DNA of 64,000 nt from Octopus sinensis (taxonomy: Eukaryota), in NCBI RefSeq assembly GCF_006345805.1, contig NW_021837027.1:2605-66604 (forward strand). The letters are read 5' to 3'. The position numbers and the translations under genes are program-made. A model generated the notes under the pieces. The model saw only the letters and a program-made list of their open reading frames with translations. It searched no databases and was not told the origin of the DNA. How positions within the stretch are numbered: the stretch's first letter is position 1; every line of letters begins with the position of its first letter. Shown in pieces: positions 54,531-64,000 of the stretch.

Positions 54531-55458
54531 TTTGGAGAAACGATACCAAGGCTTCTGGAATGACAGTATGCCGGTTGAGTGCTGCTGGACACTTTACCTG
54601 GACCAACCAGATCGGGAACACCGCAGGAAATCCAGATCACAATATTTCTAACTCTGTTGTTCTGTGTCTGTTTTGTCTGACCCATTTTTTGTGTATGCAC
54701 TCTTTATAGAATGATAATGATGAGTTTTAACTCAATAAACTCATTTACATTCTAAAAATAATACATCCTTATTTATTACGTTAATGATTTCATATAAATA
54801 CAATTGCGTAAATATTTGCATGCATCCAATAGAAAACTGATACATGTTGCATACAAATGGAGTGAAAATTGGAAACCAGCGTGGAGAATTAGTCTTTGAA
54901 AGTTGGTTTGCTTCCATAATGAGAATAATAGATTTTGTTGACCAGTGTAATAATATTCCTCAAGATTTATCCGTTGCCCCTTCAGTTATTATACAATGAC
55001 AACAAAGTAGATTCTTAATCAAATAAACAAGATATAAAACAAACTGCGGTTGTGTATGTCAACTGGAGGGGATGGTGGCGGAGGTAGAGGGTTGGTGGGA
55101 GTGGGAGTGATTGTTGTGGGTGCTGGGGGTGTTGGGTATTGGTGGTGGTAGACAACAGTTATAGCGGACGGTGGAGATTATTGTGTAGGCAATGAGGGGT
55201 GGACGGGTTGGGGACATGCTGTAGAAAATCCCACAAGTTCGTCTTAACGCCGTAGAAAGGTATGACGTTCTGATTTTTGCTTGAGAGAAAATCTCTTCAT
55301 TGACAAATCGTGGTTTTGTGGCGAGAAGTTTGCTTCCCAGTCACACTGTTCTAGGTTCAATCCCACTGAATGGTACCTTGGGTGAGTGTCTTCAACTATC
55401 ACTTCTGGCTGATCAAAACCTTGTGAGTGAATTTCGTTGATGAAAACTGAAAGAAGCT

Positions 55459-55489
<31 letters not shown>

Positions 55490-55829
55490 CGCCGCACACA
55501 CTCATATTTGTATGTATGTGTGTGTTGTGTATGTCTTTGTATCTCTGTCCCCACCACCGCTTGAAAACCGGTGTTGGTGTGTTTACGTACCCGTAACTTT
55601 GAGACTGAGAAAATAATTACCAAGAATAAAAAATAAATAAACATCCACTAAGGTTGATTCATTTGACTAAAAATTGTTCAAGGCGATGCCCTAGCCTGGC
55701 CGCGATCTAATAACTAAAAAAAAAAAACAAGAGATGCAAAAATTTAGAGATTTCAAGAAATGTCAACGCCACATTGCCAAAATCAGAAAACTGATGTTGA
55801 TTGGTTCAATTAAACAAATGAACAACGTC

Positions 55830-56380
55830 GATATTGCTAACGAGCCGCCTTCTCAGTCGTTTGGCATTGAGGGATAAGAGGAAAAGAATCAGTTGAAAAC
55901 TGAAGGCATTTTGGAGATGTCATCTGCCTCCCCATACGCCGCCATGTCGTCGCAAAAACAATATGCAATGCCATTCAGAAAAAAGATTGCCCTGGAATAA
56001 ATATAAAGAATCTCCCTGTTATTGAATACATACACGAATAACAGCACAAGGACTATTGGTGGAACATTCCCATTAAAACATCTATCAAGTGTAAAAATGA
56101 TAGGCCGGATATTGTTGCTTGGGACAGACAAGAATAAGTCATAGAGGTCAGCTGTCCTGCTGATGTGAATATCTCTTTGAAAGAGAAAGACGATAATTAT
56201 GGAGAACTGCTTCGAAACCTCCAGCTTCTCTACCCGGATTACAAATTTACATTTGTACCAACAATAATTGGGGCGCTTGGATTTTCAGAAAAATAAATCA
56301 ACCAACTAACTAGCACATTGCAAATACAATCTGCCAGCGGAACAGTAAAAACTCTGCAAGACTTTTCTCAAGTTTAAAAT
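55830..56380 (+). mobile_element. Dong-like fragment (second subfamily)
   Basis: DYWWNIPIKTSIKCKNDRPDIVAWDRQ..IEVSCPADVNISLKEK..LLRNLQLLYPDY..GTVKLCK. Confidence 0.75.
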
Positions 56381-57240
56381 GTGACGTTTTCCTTATCTAC
56401 CTTCCAATGATGGAACTTTGTGCCTTTGTTAGAAGCCAGCTCCTTACTCAGAGGAAGAATTTTAAATGATTAAATATAGAAGTGGCATACATACATACAT
56501 ACATATACATCTGCACGCGCGCACACACAAACAAACGCACACAAACACACACACGCGCATTATATATACATATGTATGCATGTATGTTTATATACACAGG
56601 CAAGAGTGTGTGCGTATGAGAAATTAGAGAATGTGGTGGTGGGGGTGCTTAGAATTAAAAAAATCTGGTCACCCACGAAACACCTGTTTCAAAGAATCCT
56701 TCTGGTTCACACAAATCCCAAACCAACCAACATCGCCTCACCCACTCCCTTCCAGCACCCCTCAACTAATATGAGACCAAACAGTTTTAATTTCGAATGT
56801 AATTCATTAAATAGTAGAAATAAATAAAATAAATCTCTTTGATCTTTCTTCTCTGCCGCCAGATGGCTTAAGTATAGTGAAAAAAGATTACCCGCACTCC
56901 TCGCCCCCTAATTAATCCGCATACCGGGGGTTTCGCGAGGTTTCTGTTTGTTTAGACTGTTCATAAAACGTAAAGATCTATTTTCTAGGCAAATTGAAGA
57001 TTTAATTAAGAAAGGATAACGAGAATAAGAGTGAGAGAGAGCGAGAGAGAAAGAGAGAGAGAGAGTGAGAGTGAGAAGGAGTGAGAAAGAGAGGGAGTGT
57101 GTGTGTGAGAGCAGATAGGACGATGATGTTCATGACGTGTGAGTGCGTGTGTGCGAGAAAGAAAAATACATACACTCATAGGCTTATGCGTATCTATGGA
57201 TATATAGCCATATCTAGATATATATCTATATCTATATCTA

Positions 57241-57288
<48 letters not shown>

Positions 57289-57362
57289 GTGTGTGTGTGT
57301 GTTTATGTATATATAAAACATTATATACATATATACATATAATATACATATATATACATAAT

Positions 57363-57422
<60 letters not shown>

Positions 57423-57465
57423 CTCACATATATATACATATATATACATATATACATATATATAC

Positions 57466-57496
<31 letters not shown>

Positions 57497-57544
57497 ATAT
57501 ATATATCTATATATATATATATATATATAGTATATTATATATAA

Positions 57545-57850
57545 AGGTAAGTTTACGACAAAGACGAAGGCATGTGGTGTACAAACAAACAAATGTATTA
57601 GTATAACGCACAGGAATAGAAAAAGTCTTTTACGTTTCGAGCCTACGCTCTTCCACAGAAAGATACTCAGGAAAAAACAAGGAGAGAAACAAGGAGAGAA
57701 AAAAATGCGTGTAGTAGCTAACGATCTATCATGGCGTCTGACTTCGGACAGAATGGTCAGATGCGAGAGGGACAGTAGGGGAGATAACAGGGTCAAGTGA
57801 CTTCCAATACGAAGGTGCCCCCAACACAAAGGTGCGTGTGTGTATATAAG
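57545..57850 (-). repeat. PLE-type terminal repeat with hammerhead-like motif (copy 3 of 3)
   Basis: Shares gatagatcg..ctttctg(t/a)ggaagagcgtaggctcgaaacgt.aaagact..tactaatacat with 16700-16890 and 51995-52195. Lies downstream of and co-oriented with the 58660-58990 GIY-YIG. Confidence 0.75.
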
Positions 57851-58660
57851 AGAGTATGTATGTGCGTGTGAAAGAGGGCTGGTGGTGTGGACGTGTGGGT
57901 GTGGGGGTGGGTATGTGGGTGGTGTGTTGTGATGTGATATGTGTATGTATGTGTAGGTGTAAAGATGTGGGGATGGTTGTGTGGATGGTGTGTTGTGGGT
58001 GTGTGGGTGGTGTGTTGTGATGTGATGTGTAACGTTGTATGGTGTAGTGTAGTGTGGTGTGATGTTGTGGGGAGGTGGAGGAGACGAGAGTGGGGAAAGC
58101 ACAGGTGGGGGAGGCGAGCGTAGGGAAAGCACAGGTGGGGTGTGGGTTCGGCTAGGGGTTGGGGTAGAGTAGGGGTTGTGGGTAATTAGATGGTGGAGTT
58201 AGAGGTGAGGTATGTGGGGGGAAGGGTGTGGCATAGGGGTGAAGTATGTGGGGGAGAGGTAAGGGATAGGGGTGAGGTATATGGGGCGAAATAGGAAGGG
58301 TATGGAAGGTGGAGTAGGGGTGGGTGGGTTTATGGGGAGAGGGGAAGGTGGGTATGTGAGGCGAGATAGGAGAGAAGGGGAGAAGAGGAGAGAGAGGAGG
58401 AGAGAAGAGAGGGGGAGGAGGAGGAAAGGAGAGGGGAGGGGAAGGGGAGAGAGAGAGGGGAGAGTGAGGGAGCAGAGAGAAAGAGAGAAGGGAGAAGAGG
58501 AAAAGAGGGAAGAAGAGGGAAAGAGAGTGGGGGTGAAAAGATGTAGGCGTGAAGTAGGAGTCGGGGAGGTGGTTAGATGAAAAAGGGGGGAGGTTAGATT
58601 AAAAGGGGTTAGATGAAAAAAAAGGGGGGGATAGGTTAATGAAAAGGGTGGAGAGTTGAG
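57850..58660. repeat. G/purine-rich low-complexity tract
   Basis: GT- then GA-rich, with many G3-G7 runs on the + strand. Confidence 0.85.
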
Positions 58661-58990
58661 CCCAAATGGCAATGGCTAAACAGTCGAAGAGAGAAGATTA
58701 ATCCTGTTCACGGCGCAAGCGGGGCCGGATGACCTCTGTCAAGGACAATCCGAACACAGACAGGTGTTGTGCAAGGAGTGACCGGTGGAGCGGAAATGGC
58801 GTGAGACTGGAGTGTCATTGCCGAGGCACAGATGTCCGGAGGTGTTCCGTGAACCGGTCAGCCAAGAGCGGCGTCCCCGTTTGTCCGATGTTAGGGAATG
58901 GTCAAGAGAGCAGGAGATGCATAGATGATATTGCTGGAGATGCAAGTGAAGGAGTTAATGATGCGATAGGGTCGATGATGGGTGCCGGTG
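58660..58990 (-). mobile_element. Penelope-like element, GIY-YIG endonuclease (lineage 3), frameshifted
   Basis: Stitching minus frames gives SFTCISSNIIYA..(Y)IGQTG(R)RL(A)DRFTEHL..PVSRHFRSTGHSL..REQ.LIFSL..GLN. Confidence 0.8.
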
Positions 58991-58997
58991 AGGAGGG

Positions 58998-59047
<50 letters not shown>

Positions 59048-59258
59048 GCATGCATATGTATATACATATATACATGTAAAATTTATTGTATATATAGGCG
59101 CAAGCGTGACTGTGTGGTAAGAAGCTTGGTTCCCAACCATGTGGATCCGAGTTCAGTTCCACTGCGTGGCAACTTGGGTAAGAGTCTTCTACTGTAGCGT
59201 CGAGCCGAACAAAGCCTTGTCAGTGGATTTGGTAGACGGAAACTGAAAGAAGCTTGTA

Positions 59259-59301
<43 letters not shown>

Positions 59302-59479
59302 TATATATATACATATACACACACACATATATATACACATATACACATATAAACATATGTACATGTTTGCGTGTTTGTCTTTGCATCTGTATTTGCCTCC
59401 TCACCCCAGCCCGCCCTCCATCACTTGACAACCGGTGTTGGTATGTTTAAATCCCTGTAATTTAGTGGTCTAGTCGAAA

Positions 59480-59612
59480 CCTGTCAGACAGTTGAGCAGG
59501 TCTCTGAGGCATTTGCATCCCCGTCTATTCCTGTCTCTACCCACGTAGTCTACATGCGTGTCCAAGGTAGCATTCCAATCCCCCACTAAGAATAAAGGAC
59601 GAGACGTTCCCA
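59480..59612 (-). mobile_element. Tx1/L1-type APE endonuclease fragment
   Basis: SRPLFLVGDWNATLD..GCKCLRDLLN. Confidence 0.55.
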
Positions 59613-59613
59613 G

Positions 59614-59719
<106 letters not shown>

Positions 59720-60399
59720 ATAGATAGATGGGCGGACGAACGAGACAGAAGAACGAAATAAACGGAGAGAAAAGGAAATCGGGGGGAAAAAGCGGGGTAA
59801 ATGCTGTTTATCAAGTTGATGAAATATTACGGGTACCGCCATCTGGTATTTCTCTGATCAAAATGTCGGTCTTTTAATGAAATCCTCATCTCTTTAACAT
59901 ATTGACAGAGGGATCTTAGAGCGACCAAAGAATTTAAAGAACGCCATAAACGATGAGTAAGTCTCCAACCTTCTGGAGATTTATAAAATCCAGATTGAAT
60001 GCGGAAAGTATCATAGAAGCGGTCAACTTGAGGGCAGTTTCGCTATTAAAGTATGGAGCTGGAATTCTTGAATGGAGAAAGTGACTGTCGATGCTATGAG
60101 GCGTGTATTCCTCATCTAAATGGACCGAAGGTGAGCAGGAGGAGGTCAATGAGTATGGCAGAACGAGTAGAACTATAAAAGACAATACTAGGTTTCTATT
60201 TAGTAGAATAGTTCTTCTTAAGGCGGTAATACGTGAAGGGGTTTTTGGGGTTGATAGAGTCCTTACCTTTCCAGTAAAATAAATAAATAAAAGAGGAAAA
60301 TGTGAACAAAATAAAACCCAACATTAAAGGAAAGGAGCTTTATTCAGTGTTTTATTCTTCATCCAAGAAACATGAAACAATAGGAAACAATAGAAACAG

Positions 60400-60578
60400 C
60401 TGGAGTGGCTGTGGGGTAAGAAGGTTGCTTACTAATCACGTGGTTTCGGGTTCAGTCCCACTGCGTGGCACCTTAAGCAAATGTCTTCTGCTATAGCTTC
60501 AGGCCGACCAAAGCCTTGGGAGTGGATTTGGTAGATGGAAACCGTGTAGAATACCATCCTATATATGTGTGGTGTGTG

Positions 60579-60630
<52 letters not shown>

Positions 60631-60865
60631 TGTGTGTGTGTGTGTTTGTGTGTGTATGTATATGTTTGTGTGTCTGTGTTTGTCCCACCGCCATCGCTTG
60701 ACAACCGAGGCTGGTGTGTTTATGTCCCTGTAACTTAGAGGTTCGACAAAGGAACGATAGAATAAGTACTCGGCTTACAAAAAATAAGTTCTGGGATCGA
60801 TTCGTTTGACTAAAGGCGTTGCTCCAGCATGGCCGCAGTCAAATGACTAAAACAAATAAAAGAAT
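60400..60865 (+). mobile_element. tRNA-derived bipartite SINE family A (internal TA/TG microsatellite), full length
   Basis: Head gtggctgtg.ggtaag..ggttcagtcccactgcgtggc; tail gcttgacaacc..ccagcatggccgcagtcaaatgactaaaaca. Further copies at about 140-245, 6760-6965, 18470-18650, 20945-21350, 32715-32915, 37225-37400, 41990-42150, 43525-44280, 44290-44485, 55300-55720 and 59095-59470. Confidence 0.85.
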
Positions 60866-60869
60866 GCTT

Positions 60870-61120
60870 ATTATTTACATTATTTACATTTGATGGATAT
60901 TTGTCCTCATCTTGTTTGTTGTTAACACAACGTTTCGGCTGATATACCCTCCAGCCTTCATAAGGTGTCTTGGGGAAATTTCGAACACTGGGTTCTCATT
61001 CCTAAGGTATTTTTCGATGTTATTATCCGAGGGTTATCCGAGGCGTGGTTATTGCTAGTTGAAAATTATTATTATCGTTATTATTATTATTATTGAGTGA
61101 GCGAGCAGAGCATGCCACCA

Positions 61121-61171
<51 letters not shown>

Positions 61172-61352
61172 TATTATTATTATTTTCATTATTATTATTA
61201 TCATCATCCATTATTATTAATATTATTATTGTTGTTGTTGTTATTATTATTATTGTTGTTGTTGTTGTTGTTCAGGTCACTGCCTGGAATCGAACTCGGA
61301 ATCTTGGGGTTAGTAGCCCGCGCTCTTAACCACTACGCCATTTGCCCGTGGG
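60870..61352 (-). mobile_element. tRNA-headed SINE with internal (AAT/AAC)n and hammerhead-bearing tail
   Basis: Minus 5' end gggcaaaTGGCGTAGTGGttaagagcgcgggctactaaccccaagattccGAGTTCGATTCC (A box 61330-61340, B box 61286-61297), then microsatellite, then the hammerhead at 60924-60969. Confidence 0.65.
60924..60969 (-). ncRNA. Type I hammerhead motif with one core substitution
   Basis: Minus: GACAC-CTTATGA-A-GGCTG-GAGGGTATAT-CAGCC-GAAA-CG-TT-GTGTT. Stems I and II pair and stem III is the palindrome AACGTT, but the core reads CTTATGA instead of CTGATGA. Confidence 0.6.
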
Positions 61353-61457
61353 CTGTTTCCATATTTACAAACCAATCAATCCCTGATTTTAATCACCTTT
61401 GATTAGTTTATGGATTAAGGGTATGGTTTCATAAGTCTGTATTTCGGTGTCTTTCAG

Positions 61458-61519
61458 ATCACATCACTGAAAATTAAACACAATCCCTTCGCCAAAGCCT
61501 TCTTAGATGCAAAAGAAAG
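61458..61519 (+). CDS. bra: Brachyury T-box coding exon (equivalent to exon 4), 62 bp; not in the supplied ORF track
   Basis: Acceptor ctttcAG ends 61457 and donor GTaagt starts 61520. Encodes ITSLKIKHNPFAKAFLDAKE(R), the Brachyury T-box C-terminal end, in phase 0 after QNEE. Confidence 0.96.
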
Positions 61520-62169
61520 GTAAGTCACAGAATTAAATCTCACAATTGGCAACATCGGTAAATGTTTTAATCTGTTTTACGTCTCTCAGACACGGTGAAT
61601 GCTCGTCGGAGCATGTGACTGGCTACGAGTACGCGTCATTGAAAAGACCCAAAACGTTGAAATGGATCCGGGGAGTTCCCGCTGGATTTTGTTGGGATAA
61701 ATTTTCCCCTCTTTCTCATATATATTGTTTTTAGCACAGCACATCTGTAAGAGGTGTTATCTCAGGAAAAATACTGCAGTGATTTGCCTATCAACTGTGT
61801 ACATACTTTAAATGTGATACATAGATGGCTATTTTGATTTCAGTTGCGTATACCGGATTTATGCAAACATACATACATACATACATACATACATACACAC
61901 GTGTACGTACGTTGTATGTATGTATGTATGTATGTATGTATGTATGTATGTATCGTTTGTATGAATGCATGTACGTACGTACGTTTGTATGGTAATATTG
62001 TCTTTATTCAGTTTTATTTCGAGATTTCTTGCCAATAGAGAAAGAGCCGGTTTCTAACCTTGATCCAAGACTCCTTCATTGGAATTTCAAGATCAACAAC
62101 AGAATATTTTTGTTTGTTTGTTTGTTTGTATGTATGTATGTTTTATGTATGTCTTCTCATGCATATAAT

Positions 62170-64000
62170 TACATATCTAGACAGGCTCATATATATTTAA
62201 ATGATAAACTTCTGGAAAGTTTTACAGATTTTTACAGTCCCAGTGATGAATTGGATCTGTAGTCTTCGAATCAGTTTTCTCCTTTCTGGTTCTGAGAAGC
62301 CTAATTTCTCAAGATTGGTATTTAGGCAACGTGTTACATATCCCAGTGACCCAATAATTACAGGTATAAACCTGAAGTTGTAATCTGGATAGAGTAACTG
62401 CAGATTTCTCAATAGTTCAGCATAGGTGTTCTCTTTTTCACTGATCTTCAGCTTTATATCAACATCCACCGGGCAGTTAATTTCCACAACTGTACACAGT
62501 TTCTCTATCCCAAATCATTATATCAGGTCTATTGTGTTTACATTTTATTGAGGTCTTCACTGGTACATTCCGCCAGAACTCCTTTTTTTATTATGAGTGG
62601 CTATGGCTTCTATCATACTGTGGGTTGTTATTTCTTTGTCCTCGAGGTTATCTTTCCGACGGATTTCATCATATAGTGCCCCAGCTACAACGTCACGTCT
62701 CATCGGTAGATACAACCATGATGACACTTTCGAACAACTGCTTATGATGTGGGTGATATCTTCGGTCTTAACTACACAAAGTCTGCATCGGTTATCACAT
62801 TTTGCTGCTTTTCCTGCGTCTCTATACATTTTATGCATCAGGTACTTTGTTGATATTTCCTGTTCCTGGATTGCAAACACATACCCTTCAAAGTCGAAGT
62901 TAGTTATCCCATTATTGGTCCGTAATATACTGCTTTGCTGATCAATGTTACTATCATCTCGATGCTTTTTTATTAACATATCCATGCATGGTCTCCTGCT
63001 CATATAGACTCATCCTTTCATCTGATGTTACCTTGTGGTAGAGTCGTGTAACTTCTTTGGGGATGTATTTAAGGTTATCAGACAAGGAATTCTGCTCAAG
63101 GAACTGCCTTTCAATTCTTATGATGTTATCAGCTTCATGTATGCAAAACTTGGTCAAGGGATGCACTTCAACACTTGGTGGTTAAAAGATGTACCATATC
63201 CGAAGGGATATGATATGACATTCAAAGCAGTTTGGTTCGATTTTATGCCTCTGTCACGTTGCTTTCGTTTTAGGTAAAGGCGGTCTACGTCACTGTTTAT
63301 GTGGAAATTATGTGTGCTTGTTAGTATTTTCCGGGTTTTCACATTAATGGCTCGGATTTCATCAGGTGTCCAATCAAGTAGACCAAATGTACTGGCACAG
63401 TATGCACACTGTGGGCTACTGTTTTATTGAATGCAGAGAGTTCTGAGCTCCAAATTTTCTTTATTCGGTTGTAATACTTATCAGTGACACGTATTTTGTT
63501 ACAGGTGCCATTGTAAGATATGTTTTCATCCACCCCTAGATACCTGTAACATTCGTTGTCAGATATAGGGGAAACAGTTAAGTCATTGATGGAGATGTTG
63601 CTAGTCTGGTTTACAGTTTTCCCCCTTTTCACAACCATATAACCACATGTACCCTGACCAAACTCCAACCCTTCATCCTTTGAGAATGTTGTAACCAAGT
63701 CAAGAATTTTCCTATCTCATGCATATCTTTGCATAAGTTTTAAGTCACCCACAAAGAAAACAGTGTGTCATTTTGGTATTTTTGTTTCCTGTAAACCAGT
63801 GAGACATCCTTCAGACTTCCTTAACATGAACGACAAGGGGTTACAGAAAGTATAAACAACATCACAGAGAGGCTGTCCTTTTGGAATATGCCTTGCGATA
63901 CTGTATTCCATTAGTGATAATACAGTTACCCTTGTATTTAACCTCATGATGGTGGCCCACGGTGTGAAGTGAGGTCAGCTATGGCTTTGACTATGCACAC
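62170..64000 (-). mobile_element. R4/Dong-clade element of a second subfamily, decayed, running off the window end
   Basis: GLEFG..YRYLG; SDVDRLYLKRK..RG; EGYVFAIQEQEI..CRLC..EDITHIISSC; EINCPVD..LLRNLQLLYPDYNFRFIPVIIGSLGY..GTVKICK. Confidence 0.85.

Noticed and set aside
59860-60200. Possible retroelement coding fragment
   Set aside because: No recognisable motif in any frame I read; left unassigned.
61280-61350. tRNA gene
   Set aside because: It has A/B boxes but no clean acceptor stem and runs into a microsatellite; better explained as a SINE head.

Overview
Eukaryotic, repeat-dense animal DNA, most likely an octopus (coleoid cephalopod); this is inferred from the recurring tRNA-derived SINE families and extreme microsatellite load and needs BLAST confirmation. 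The only host gene I can support is Brachyury (T/TBXT) on the + strand. Three T-box exons with canonical splice sites lie at 40801-41065, 50100-50240 and 61458-61519, separated by 9 and 11 kb introns. I could not find the N-terminal exon in the 40.8 kb upstream. The rest is decayed mobile DNA: a near-complete CR1-group LINE ORF2, RTE, Tx1/L1 and many R4/Dong-clade pieces (some in (TAA)n tracts), three Penelope-like GIY-YIG fragments, a DD37D (maT) Tc1/mariner element, several SINE families and foldback/MITE palindromes. Most ORFs in the supplied track are microsatellite artefacts. The main signal the ORF track misses is about a dozen type I hammerhead-ribozyme motifs (CUGANGA / stem II / GAAA / palindromic stem III / NUH), several with intact cores. 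They sit in Penelope-like termini, foldback elements, a 344-nt partial tandem repeat (retrozyme-like) and the tail of a tRNA-headed SINE.
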